Made by a program: the position numbers and the translations under genes
In this document: piece after piece, positions 42,651-51,703 of the stretch
Layout: each line of letters starts with the position of its first letter
Numbering within the stretch: position 1 is the stretch's first letter
NCBI GenBank assembly: GCA_965262915.1
Contig: OZ253564.1
Span: 4,256,001 to 4,320,000, forward strand
Length of the DNA: 64,000 bases
Reading direction: 5' to 3'
Source of the DNA: Candidatus Spongiisociaceae bacterium
GTDB lineage: Bacteria > Actinomycetota > Acidimicrobiia > Spongiisociales > Spongiisociaceae
The notes under the pieces: generated by a model
Told to the model about the DNA's origin: nothing
Database searches by the model: none
What the model saw: the letters and a program-made list of their open reading frames with translations, nothing else

Positions 42651-42737
42651 GGAGGTCCCATTCTGGATCGCCGGCGTGCTCAAGGCAATAAGAGGGCTAG
42701 CGGAGTCTCTACCCGGCCCCGGCGAGGTGCGGCCCGC

Positions 42738-43661
42738 ATGAACTCCCGAGTCGTTCTTCTCTCCGGAGGGGTCGGGGGCGCCCGCCTGGCGCGGGGCTTC
42801 GAACACCTACCGGATGTCGACACCACAGCGGTCGTCAACGTGGGAGACGACGACACCATCTACGGCCTCTCGGTTTCCCCGGACCTCGACACGGTGCTCT
42901 ACACGCTGGCCGGCGTGGAAGGCCCCCACGGCTGGGGACGGGCCGGAGACACCATGGTGCTGATGGATCACCTGTCCTCACTCGGGGTCGATACGCGCTT
43001 CCGGCTGGGCGACGCCGACGCCGCCCTCAACCTGTACCGGACCATGCGGCTGGCCGCCGGGGATCCGCTCCACGAAGTCACGGCCACCCTCGCCGAGACG
43101 ATGGGGGTCCGATCGAGGATCTTTCCCGCAACCAACGACGTTCTGCGAACCGAGATCGGCACCGGGAGCGGCGGGTGGATACCGTTCCAGGAGTACTTCG
43201 TCCTGCGCGGGCACCGGGACGAGGTTCTCGAGTTGCGCTTTGCAGGAGCGCAGGAAGCCACCGCCGCTCCCGGGGTGGTACAAGCCATCCGAGCAGCCGA
43301 CGTGGTGGTCATCACCCCCTCGAACCCCCCTCTCTCCATCTGGCCCATCCTGGCGATCGGAGAAATCGCCCAGGCGGTGGCTCGGGCCGACCGGGTCATG
43401 GCGGTGAGCCCGCTGTTCGGCGGCCGGGCTCTCAAGGGACCGGCCGACCGGGTGATGGCCTCGCTGGGCCTCCCGGCAGGAAACGCCGGCGTGGTGGCGG
43501 CCTACGAGGGGCTGGTGGACGACCTGTTCATCGACACCGGTGACGAGGAGGATCGCCGGGAACTCGCCGCGTCGGGTCTAACGGTCCATGTCGGCTCCAC
43601 CCGCATCGCCGAGCAGGAACAGGCGACGGCTTTCGCCGGCTGGATGATGGGCTTGTCGTGA
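42738..43661 (+). CDS. cofD: 2-phospho-L-lactate transferase (F420 biosynthesis)
   Basis: Start MNSRVV (ATG 42738). LSGGVGGAR, VNVGDD, SPDLDTVLYTLAG, FQEYFV, PSNP and LKGPA. Confidence 0.96.
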   Translation: MNSRVVLLSGGVGGARLARGFEHLPDVDTTAVVNVGDDDTIYGLSVSPDLDTVLYTLAGVEGPHGWGRAGDTMVLMDHLSSLGVDTRFRLGDADAALNLYRTMRLAAGDPLHEVTATLAETMGVRSRIFPATNDVLRTEIGTGSGGWIPFQEYFVLRGHRDEVLELRFAGAQEATAAPGVVQAIRAADVVVITPSNPPLSIWPILAIGEIAQAVARADRVMAVSPLFGGRALKGPADRVMASLGLPAGNAGVVAAYEGLVDDLFIDTGDEEDRRELAASGLTVHVGSTRIAEQEQATAFAGWMMGLS

Positions 43662-44359
43662 CCCTTTCGATAATCCCACTCGAGGGCATCCCCGAGGGCC
43701 GTCCGGGCGATGATGTGGTCGACCTTCTGCTGGACGGACTCAGGGAGTCCGATGTCAGCCTGGTGGGAGGCGACGTGGTGGTGGTGACCCACAAGCTGGT
43801 CTCCAAGGCCGAGGGGCGGGTGGTGGAGGTGGGCGAGGATCCCGAAGCGCACCGCGACCTGATCCTGCGGGAGGCTTCGGCGATCCTCCGCCGGCGCGAG
43901 ACGCTGGTGATCACCGAGACACACCATGGGTTCGTGTGCGCCAACGCCGGCGTCGACCGTTCCAACGTTGCTCCTGGCCAGGCCGTCCTACTTCCGATCG
44001 ACCCGGACCGCTCGGCGCGACGCATCCGCGCCCGCCTACAGCACGCGGCCGGGGTACCTCTCGGAGTGGTCATCACCGACACCTTCGGCCGGGCGTGGCG
44101 CCACGGGCTGACCGACGTCGCCATCGGCGTGGCCGGATTGCCGGCGATCGTCGACTACCGGGGAACTCCGGACACGTTCGGGAACATGCTGGAGGTCACC
44201 GAAGTCGCCATCGCCGACGAGATAGCCGCGGCCGCGGACCTGGTGATGGGCAAGGCCCGCCGGATCCCGGCGGTGATCGTACGGGGGCTGGAGCATCCCC
44301 CCGGAGACGGCCGCGCCACCGACCTGATCCGCAACCCGGCCGACGATCTGTTTCGTTAG
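43658..44359 (+). CDS. cofE: Coenzyme F420-0:L-glutamate ligase
   Basis: KLVSKAEGR, CANAGVDRSN, DTFGRAWR and DLFR. Confidence 0.96.
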   Translation: MTLSIIPLEGIPEGRPGDDVVDLLLDGLRESDVSLVGGDVVVVTHKLVSKAEGRVVEVGEDPEAHRDLILREASAILRRRETLVITETHHGFVCANAGVDRSNVAPGQAVLLPIDPDRSARRIRARLQHAAGVPLGVVITDTFGRAWRHGLTDVAIGVAGLPAIVDYRGTPDTFGNMLEVTEVAIADEIAAAADLVMGKARRIPAVIVRGLEHPPGDGRATDLIRNPADDLFR

Positions 44360-44420
44360 TTAGTGGTCACTGATCGGTGGGCGGTTGCCGGTGGTCAATG
44401 GCCCGTAGTCGGTGGCCGAC
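44358..44420. repeat. Degenerate heptamer tandem repeats between convergent genes
   Basis: AGTGGTC ACTGATC GGTGGGC GGTTGCC GGTGGTC AATGGCC CGTAGTC GGTGGCC. Confidence 0.6.
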
Positions 44421-44461
44421 GCTCAGCGGTCCCTGATTGATGCGGTGCAAGCCGCGACCGG

Positions 44462-44917
44462 TCACAGTACGCAGAACTCATTGCCCTCGGGGTCGGTCAT
44501 CACCACCCACTTGGCTCCCCGCTCGTCGAAACGATCCACCTCGGTGGCACCCCTCAATACCAGGGCTTCGATCCAGGCTTCTCGGCTCCGGCCCTGCAGG
44601 TCCTGCGGCAACGACTGATCGACGATGTCGATGTCGAGATGCCAACGGTTCTTGAGGGTCTTGCGCTCCGGCACTTTCTGGAACAAGACCCGGGGACCCA
44701 CTCCGTTCGGGTCCACCACAGCGGCGTAGCGTTCCCTGTCCTCCGTGGATAGGTCGAGGGCATCCGCGAAGGACTCCCACGTGTCGAAGCCCTCGGGTGG
44801 AGGTTGCACCTTGTACCCGAGCGCGAACGCCCAGAACTCGGCCAACGCCCCTGGGTCCGCCGCGTCCACGGTCACGGCTCTGATCCGGCATGAAGGTGGG
44901 GGGCTCGTGTGCGTCAT
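44462..44917 (-). CDS. VOC/glyoxalase-like protein
   Basis: VTVDAADPGALAEFWA, FQKVPERKTLKNRWHLD and DPEGNEFC. Confidence 0.92.
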   Translation of the reverse strand: MTHTSPPPSCRIRAVTVDAADPGALAEFWAFALGYKVQPPPEGFDTWESFADALDLSTEDRERYAAVVDPNGVGPRVLFQKVPERKTLKNRWHLDIDIVDQSLPQDLQGRSREAWIEALVLRGATEVDRFDERGAKWVVMTDPEGNEFCVL

Positions 44918-45024
44918 AACGTCGACGATATCAAGGATGCCGCTTTCCCGGACGGGAATGCAATGTCGATCGAATCAGCGCCTGCGCACGGTCCGTGCAT
45001 CGCGACAGCGAAACCGGCCACTGA

Positions 45025-45981
45025 TCACCGTTCGCCGAACCAGGCCACGGTGCGGCGGATACCGTCTTCGAAGGTGGTGAAGGGTTGCCAGCCCAGTTCC
45101 TCGCGCGCCAGGCTCCAGTCCAGCACCGAACGGGGAATATCGCCTGGACGCGGGGGACCATCTACCGGACTCCCTCCGAACCGAGCGTGACGGGCCACGG
45201 TCCGGAAAACCTGCTTGGTGGTGGTCCCGATACCGGTTCCGACGTTGTAGATCCCCCCGCCGCCCACCTCGGCGGCTCGCATCAGCGCATCCACGACGTC
45301 GTCGACATAGACGTAGTCCCGGGTGTCGGTTCCCGAACCGAAGATGGTGGGTCTCCTGCGGTCCAGGCACGCCCGGCTGAAGATGGCCACCACACCGGCC
45401 TCTCCGGTCGGGTCCTGCCGGGGACCGTAGATGTTGGAAGGGCGTATGACCGCGTAGTCGAGGCCGCGTTGCTGCTTCCAGAACTCGAGGTACTCCTCCA
45501 CGACCTTCTTCGATATCCCGTAGGGAGACTCGGGACGTGGCCTTGAGACCTCGCGAGCGGGCAGGGTGGTCTCCCGCCCGTACACAGCGACCGTCGAGGT
45601 GAAAACCAGGCGCGTCACGTCGGCAAGGCCGGCCGCTTCCAGCAGGTTCACCGTGCCCGTGATGTTGATATCCGCGTCGCGGCGCGGGTCGGCCACCGAG
45701 GCCGGCACCGAGGTCTGGGCCGCCAGGTGGAACACCAGATCGGGAGAGAAACGACCGACGGTATCCATCAACCCCTCCGATCGGATGTCGATCTTGTGGA
45801 CCGTCACGGCGCCCCGGCGGCGGGCGCCTACCAGACGGGATACCTTGCCCGACGAGAGATCGTCCAGGACCAGGATCTCCCAACCGTCGTCCACCAGCCG
45901 GTCGACCAGGTGGGAACCCACAAACCCCGCTCCCCCGGTCACCAGGACCCTCCCCGACCGGGCACTCCGGGGGAACGCCAT
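45025..45981 (-). CDS. NAD-dependent epimerase/dehydratase (UDP-glucose 4-epimerase-like)
   Basis: VTGGAGFVGSHL, HLAAQ, PYGISK and NIYGPRQ. Confidence 0.93.
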   Translation of the reverse strand: MAFPRSARSGRVLVTGGAGFVGSHLVDRLVDDGWEILVLDDLSSGKVSRLVGARRRGAVTVHKIDIRSEGLMDTVGRFSPDLVFHLAAQTSVPASVADPRRDADINITGTVNLLEAAGLADVTRLVFTSTVAVYGRETTLPAREVSRPRPESPYGISKKVVEEYLEFWKQQRGLDYAVIRPSNIYGPRQDPTGEAGVVAIFSRACLDRRRPTIFGSGTDTRDYVYVDDVVDALMRAAEVGGGGIYNVGTGIGTTTKQVFRTVARHARFGGSPVDGPPRPGDIPRSVLDWSLAREELGWQPFTTFEDGIRRTVAWFGER

Positions 45982-47312
45982 CAGCGGGCCGAACCCACAC
46001 CCGCGTAGGAAAGTCCGTGGGCTTCCACCGCGGCACGGTCGAGCAGGTTCCGGGCATCGACCACGGCCGATCCGCCCATGACCCGGGACACCTCGGCCAG
46101 GTCCACCTCGCGGAACTCCTTCCACTCCGTGGCGACCAGGAGCACTTCCGCCCCGGCGGCTGCCGACACCGGGTCGGGCGCCGCTTCTATCCCCGGTATG
46201 GACTCCCTTACCTTCGGGTCATAGGCACGTACGTCGGCGCCCGCCGACCGCAGCCGTCCGGCGAGGTCCACCGCCGGGGACTCGCGGATATCGTCGGTCT
46301 CGGCTTTGAACGAGAGACCCCACACGCCGACGCCCACGCCTTGGACCGACCCCCCGGCGGCCGCCACGACCTTGTCGACAATCCGTTGCCGCTGGCGGTT
46401 GTTCACATCCATGACGGCCCGCAGCAACGAGAAGTCGTAGCCGTTCTGCTCTGCCATCGCCATGAGTGCCCTGGTGTCCTTCGGCAGGCAGGATCCGCCG
46501 TACCCGGGTCCGGGTTGGAGGTAGTGGCCTCCGATACGGTGATCCCGCCCCATTCCGGCCAGTACCTCGGCGGCGTCGGCGCCAACCGCCTCGCACAGGT
46601 TGGCGATCGAGTTGGCGAAGCTGAGCCGGGCGGCGAGGTAGGAGTTGGCTGCGTACTTGATCATCTCCGCCGAGGCCGGATCGGTTACGACCCGCTCACC
46701 ACCCAACCCTCCGTACACGCCCGAATCCAGCAACTCCGCCACCTCCTGGCAGGTGGTACCGATGACGATACGGTCAGGTTGGAGGAAATCGTCGACAGCC
46801 TTGCCCTCCCGGAGGAACTCGGGATTTGATACGACCACGATCCCGCGATCGGAGACGGCCGGTATGCGAGCCAGCTTCCGGGACGTGCCGACCGGCACGG
46901 TCGACTTCACCACCAGCACCGCGCCGGGTGCGAGAGACCCGGCGAATCTCTCAACGGCTCGGTGGAGTATCGTCGTGTCCACCGATCCGTCGGCGGCAGA
47001 CGGCGTGGGAAGGGTCACGAAGACCACCCGGGCCCCCTCCACCACTTCCCTGTTCGATGCATGAAAGCTCAGCCGGCCCGTCGCCACTCCTTCGGCGACG
47101 AGGGCGTCGAGGCCGGGTTCGTAGATCGGCAACTCGCCCATCCGCAGAGCCCGGAGCCTGGCCGGATCCCGTTCACCGACCCGCACCCGATGTCCGAGAC
47201 GGACCAAGCCCCCTGCCTGGACCAAGCCCACGTAGCCGGCGCCGATCACGGCGATCCGCATGGGCGCGGCACCGCGAGCGGGCACCGTACCGTTCTCTCC
47301 GCCCATGGTCAT
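45981..47312 (-). CDS. ugd: UDP-glucose 6-dehydrogenase
   Basis: IGAGYVGL, KSTVPVG, SNPEFLREG, GYGGSCLPKD and DDIRESP; start uncertain. Confidence 0.95.
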   Translation of the reverse strand: MTMGGENGTVPARGAAPMRIAVIGAGYVGLVQAGGLVRLGHRVRVGERDPARLRALRMGELPIYEPGLDALVAEGVATGRLSFHASNREVVEGARVVFVTLPTPSAADGSVDTTILHRAVERFAGSLAPGAVLVVKSTVPVGTSRKLARIPAVSDRGIVVVSNPEFLREGKAVDDFLQPDRIVIGTTCQEVAELLDSGVYGGLGGERVVTDPASAEMIKYAANSYLAARLSFANSIANLCEAVGADAAEVLAGMGRDHRIGGHYLQPGPGYGGSCLPKDTRALMAMAEQNGYDFSLLRAVMDVNNRQRQRIVDKVVAAAGGSVQGVGVGVWGLSFKAETDDIRESPAVDLAGRLRSAGADVRAYDPKVRESIPGIEAAPDPVSAAAGAEVLLVATEWKEFREVDLAEVSRVMGGSAVVDARNLLDRAAVEAHGLSYAGVGSAR

Positions 47313-47332
47313 ATCCATCTCCTGCAATACAC

Positions 47333-48727
47333 CTACCGTCCCAGCGCGTCGACCCCGACTATCACCACCGCATCGATCCCCTCGCTCACGGACCCCGGCT
47401 CCACCTGCCCGAACCCCAGGGCATCGACGATCCTCCGGCCCGATTCGAAGTCCCCGGGGCGGACCGTCACCACCGTTCCCTCAAAATCGAAGGAGGCGGC
47501 GTCGTCTACCTGGACCACCACGAACCCATGATCCTCGAGGCGATCGCTCCACAGGTTCGCCTGCCCGCTCCCACCGTTGCCGTTCAGCACCTTCAGCATC
47601 AGAGACTCGCCGGACGGTTGCTCGGCGGCCGACCCGGTAGCGCCGGCCCGGAATGATCTGAAGACCGCTTCGGCCGCCGGATGGTCGGCCACCAGGTAGT
47701 ACACACCGTCGTCCTGGCTCTCCCTCACGGGGAGAGCGACGATCTCCATATCCTCGTTCTCGAGGTCCCGCCCTGCCAGTATCAGATCGACCAACTGCTT
47801 CTCAGCCAGGCGCGAGTCGACGCGGACGTGCTGGCCGACGGCGCGTAACACACCCAACACGCGAAACACATCGAAGGCCGACAGCCGTTTGGTAGCCGAA
47901 AGCATGGCGAAGAGCAGGCTCTGCTGCCGACGTATCCGGCCCAGATCGTTCCCGTCGACCGTCACCCAGGTCCCCCCTCGGTACTCCTCGTACTGCCGGG
48001 ACCGCGCGTAGGCGAGGGCGGTCTTTCCATCCAGGTGTTGCCGGCCCGCCTCGACATCGAGGTGAGACTTCAGATCCCGCGCCCGGTAGGGGAAGGTGAT
48101 CTCGACTCCCCCCAGTTGGTCGACGATGCTCGCAAAGCCGAAGAAGTCCAGTTCGACGTAGTAGTCGATATCGATACCGGTCTCCTTCTCGACGGTATTG
48201 AAGAGAAGCGACGGGTTGGGACCGTCGACCGAATAGGCGGCATTGAGCTTCCTGGGTACTCCCTCGACATCGACCCTCAGGTCTCTGGGGAGGCTGAGGA
48301 TACGGATCCGGTCCCCGTCCAGAGCGGCGATCATGATCACGTCCGCCCGGTACCCCGGCTGGTCATCGGTCACACCGAGGTCGGCGGGAAGGTCCTGCCG
48401 AGAATCGCTTCCCATCACGAGAAACGTGATCCTCTCCGCGGGCTCGGCGACCGGAGTATCGCCGGTGAGCGTTTCGGTAGGTGGGGACTCGCCAGGTGGA
48501 CCCTCCCCGCTAGGGGGCTCCTCGGTAGGGGCTGCAGTGGGCGGCGGAACCTCCGGAGGGTCATCGATGTCCACCCGACCGACACTGCTAAGCGTCCACA
48601 GGAGGATTCCGAGCAGTACCACGACGTTCACCACGATCAGGGCAACGATGAGCCTCAGCCAGCGCCGCCGGGAGGTTGACCGTTCGGGCGCGCGTGCGGG
48701 CGGGTTGATCGGGTCTTCGGTGGTCAT
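47333..48727 (-). CDS. LCP-family glycopolymer transferase with a LytR C-terminal domain
   Basis: N-terminal TM segment; MGSDSR, RADVI, SLPRD, KLNAAY, DLGRIRRQQ and VLNGNG. Confidence 0.93.
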   Translation of the reverse strand: MTTEDPINPPARAPERSTSRRRWLRLIVALIVVNVVVLLGILLWTLSSVGRVDIDDPPEVPPPTAAPTEEPPSGEGPPGESPPTETLTGDTPVAEPAERITFLVMGSDSRQDLPADLGVTDDQPGYRADVIMIAALDGDRIRILSLPRDLRVDVEGVPRKLNAAYSVDGPNPSLLFNTVEKETGIDIDYYVELDFFGFASIVDQLGGVEITFPYRARDLKSHLDVEAGRQHLDGKTALAYARSRQYEEYRGGTWVTVDGNDLGRIRRQQSLLFAMLSATKRLSAFDVFRVLGVLRAVGQHVRVDSRLAEKQLVDLILAGRDLENEDMEIVALPVRESQDDGVYYLVADHPAAEAVFRSFRAGATGSAAEQPSGESLMLKVLNGNGGSGQANLWSDRLEDHGFVVVQVDDAASFDFEGTVVTVRPGDFESGRRIVDALGFGQVEPGSVSEGIDAVVIVGVDALGR

Positions 48728-48872
48728 GAGAAGATGGAAGCGATGTTACCCGCGAGGCGTAAGCCGACCGCGGAGCAACAGCGACCGCCTCGTAGCCGGG
48801 CGGCCCCGATGAGCCGGCCCCGCGGGGGATACGGCTGGTCGCGCACTGTCATAGAACCGTGGACACGCTCCC

Positions 48873-49061
48873 TCAGCCGCAGCAGGCGTCCATCGATCTC
48901 CCCGCCCACGGGTGCCCGCCATCGGGGATCGTCTCGGCGATCTCGGCGCGGCGACCGGAGCACTCCGGGCATACCCACACGGCTGGAACCCTGGCGCCCG
49001 CCACCACCAGCGAGTGGTACTGATGGCCGCAATCCGGGCAAACGATTCTCAGCACCGGCAT
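48873..49061 (-). CDS. Small zinc-ribbon-like protein
   Basis: MPVLRIVCPDCGH...CPECSG...HPW...ACCG; last gene of the CoM biosynthesis operon. Confidence 0.7.
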   Translation of the reverse strand: MPVLRIVCPDCGHQYHSLVVAGARVPAVWVCPECSGRRAEIAETIPDGGHPWAGRSMDACCG

Positions 49062-49082
49062 GTTACATCCTCTCGATCCCAC

Positions 49083-50759
49083 TCATCCTTCGGCTAGTTC
49101 CCTAGCCCTCCGGATCAGATCCTTCCTCACCACCGTCTCCCTCTCCTCGATCGCCTCGACCCACCGCATGTTCTGTATGATCTTGGCACCCATCTTGTAA
49201 TAGTGTGCCGACAACCGGGTACTGGCCGATCCACCGGGCACGTCCCGGGAAGCGAGCAGGGACTCCGCGTCGGGGACCGCCCCGAGCGCAGAGACCGACG
49301 GCGCTGGATCGATCCCGCACTCCCGGCATGCCCGCTCGAGATCACCGGTCTCCAGCCGCTCAGTTCCTGACTCGACCGCATTGGCCACCGCCCTGCCGAC
49401 GATCCGGTAGGCGCTCCGGTAGTCCAAATCGTGGTCGAGGACCAGACGCTCCGCCAAGTCGGTGGCGGTGGAGAAGTGGTCCCCTGCCGAAGCCGACAAT
49501 GCATTGGTGTCCACCTGCATGGTCTTCACAACATCGGCCGCCAGTGTTACGAGACGCGTCGCCAGCTGGACGGCACGGATGACCTCACCGCCCGCGTACA
49601 ACCAGTTGTCGGTCCGGGCGGAAGGGGTCCGCTGGGTGACCATCAGGCCGGTGGCCCGTCCGATCAGCGTCCCGCAACCTCCCCGTATGACCGCCAGGGC
49701 GTAAGGGTTACGCTTCTGGGGTAGCAGCACGGAGGCTCGTGATGACGAACCGCCCAACGTCACGTAGCCGAACTGGGGACTGCTGAAGATCTCCAAGTCC
49801 TCTGCGAGGCGATCGACGTTGAGGGCCGCCTGTACCGCAGCAATCGCGCAGTCGACAATGATGTCGGTCGACCACATCCCGTCGCGAATGTGGCCGGTCG
49901 GCTCCTCGAACCCCAGCCGAATGGCCATGCGCATCCGATCGACCGGTATCGACGTCCCGTCCACGCCGCCGGACCCGCCAGGGGACTTGTTCACACCCCG
50001 GTAGCAGTTGCGGATTCTTCGCATGTCCCGCACGGCCTGTTCGGCGAATCCGGCCAGGTAGTAGCCGAACGACGAGGGTTGGGCCGGTTGCAGGTACGTG
50101 GTGTCGTTCCACGGAACGGCGCCCAGTTCCTTCGCCCTGGTCGTCAGGCTCCTGGTCAGGTAGATCACCTCGCGCAACAGGGCGACCAGTTCCTCGCGCA
50201 GCCCGAGCCGGATCGCTATCCGTCCGGCCTCGCGCCTCGTGCGGCCGGCTGGAAACCATCCGGCGGTAGCGCCGAGGCGCCGTTCCAGTTCCCGCTCACG
50301 GCTGTTGTACGCATCCCCGTACACGGACTCGTATGGGAACAACTCGGGCGGGGTTGCGAGAAAGTCGAGGAGCTCACGACACAGCGGGGCCGCCACGCTT
50401 TCGGGAATCACCTGCGCTTCCAGGAGTTCCAGAACATGGGCAAGATCGGCAAAGCCCAGATTCACGTGCAGGATCGGCGCGTCGGACAACTCCATCCGGT
50501 ACCCGGCTTCGATCAGGTGAGCGGACGGACCCGATCCCACTCGCCCCTCCGATCCCAGATACCCCTCCGGAGCCTCTACGACACCACCCAGGGCACCACC
50601 AGCCAGGATGTCCTCGATGTCCCGTCCAAGCTCGTCCTCGGGTGTCGGAGAATCGACTCCAGGCGCCGGACCCGTTATGACCTCTCGAAGTTCCTCCAAA
50701 CGCTCGTGCAAACTCAAGAGGCGCTCGATGATCCGTTCCTTATCGTGCTCTTCCGTCAT
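49083..50759 (-). CDS. Argininosuccinate lyase-like protein; probable CoM biosynthesis enzyme (XcbC-like)
   Basis: TYLQPAQP and SRASVLLPQKRNPY (divergent fumarase-family signature); cluster context. Confidence 0.85.
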   Translation of the reverse strand: MTEEHDKERIIERLLSLHERLEELREVITGPAPGVDSPTPEDELGRDIEDILAGGALGGVVEAPEGYLGSEGRVGSGPSAHLIEAGYRMELSDAPILHVNLGFADLAHVLELLEAQVIPESVAAPLCRELLDFLATPPELFPYESVYGDAYNSRERELERRLGATAGWFPAGRTRREAGRIAIRLGLREELVALLREVIYLTRSLTTRAKELGAVPWNDTTYLQPAQPSSFGYYLAGFAEQAVRDMRRIRNCYRGVNKSPGGSGGVDGTSIPVDRMRMAIRLGFEEPTGHIRDGMWSTDIIVDCAIAAVQAALNVDRLAEDLEIFSSPQFGYVTLGGSSSRASVLLPQKRNPYALAVIRGGCGTLIGRATGLMVTQRTPSARTDNWLYAGGEVIRAVQLATRLVTLAADVVKTMQVDTNALSASAGDHFSTATDLAERLVLDHDLDYRSAYRIVGRAVANAVESGTERLETGDLERACRECGIDPAPSVSALGAVPDAESLLASRDVPGGSASTRLSAHYYKMGAKIIQNMRWVEAIEERETVVRKDLIRRARELAEG

Positions 50760-51703
50760 GCAGCCGAACTCCCGCAGAACAGGTTCAAGGTTCCTCCGGT
50801 CACGAGAAACACGACCGGTTCGCGTACGTCACCTCTACGGCGTACCAACGCCGCCAGGGCCGGCGATCCGAACTCCGGATCGAGGAAAACCCCCTCGGTC
50901 CGAGCCATCAGGCCGGCGGCGTCCTCGACGCGAGCCTCGTCGGGATCCCGCCCGTCGAGCACCTCCCAGACAATCCCGTGACGCTTCCGGATCTTCATCA
51001 TATCCAAGGCTGCCTCCGAGATTTCGCCGATCCGGTACCGGCACTCGTCGACGGGGCGGTGGACGGAGACGCCGACGATGCGGGCATCGCAGGGCCGGCG
51101 CCGGTATCCGGCGACCAGACCTGCCTGGGTTCCGCACGACCCGGTGGCCAGCCAGATGGTGGGGTCGGTCACACCCACGGCGCGTAGTTGCCCTTCGAGT
51201 TCGTCTACCGCCGTGAGGTAGCCGAGCGCCCCAACCGGATCGGCGCCTCCCCGACCCACCACGTAGGGTCGCCGACCCTCTCTCCGTAGCCGCTCGGCCA
51301 CTGACTCGAGTACCGGATCCACCGATGGTCGGGCCGCATCACGGGTGAACTCGACGCGCACCGTTTCCAACCGATCCAGCAACTCCAGGCTCCCTTTTCC
51401 GACCGGCGGGCGGTCACCGAACATGACCAGCTCCACGGCCAACCCGCGGGCCGCCGCTCCCACCGCTGCGGTGAGCACCCAGTTGGATCTGGGGCCGCCA
51501 CCGGTCACGAACACATCAGCCCCGGCCGCTTCGGCCGCCCCCACATGGAACTCGACCGCCCGGGCCTTGTTGCCTCCGAGGCCTACACCGGTGAGGTCGT
51601 CGCGCTTGAGCAGGATCTCGATCCCGATCTCCTCGGATAGCCGCGGCGCGGGCACGAGGGGGGTCGGCAGGTTGGCGAGCGGCGTTCTGGCCGGAGCCCT
51701 CAA
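50756..51703 (-). CDS. PLP-dependent D-cysteine desulfhydrase family protein; probable CoM biosynthesis enzyme (XcbE-like)
   Basis: TTG start at 51703 overlaps the upstream stop. PTPL, KRDDLTGVGLGGNKAR, ATGSCGTQAG and EGVFLDP. Confidence 0.87.
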   Translation of the reverse strand: MRAPARTPLANLPTPLVPAPRLSEEIGIEILLKRDDLTGVGLGGNKARAVEFHVGAAEAAGADVFVTGGGPRSNWVLTAAVGAAARGLAVELVMFGDRPPVGKGSLELLDRLETVRVEFTRDAARPSVDPVLESVAERLRREGRRPYVVGRGGADPVGALGYLTAVDELEGQLRAVGVTDPTIWLATGSCGTQAGLVAGYRRRPCDARIVGVSVHRPVDECRYRIGEISEAALDMMKIRKRHGIVWEVLDGRDPDEARVEDAAGLMARTEGVFLDPEFGSPALAALVRRRGDVREPVVFLVTGGTLNLFCGSSAA

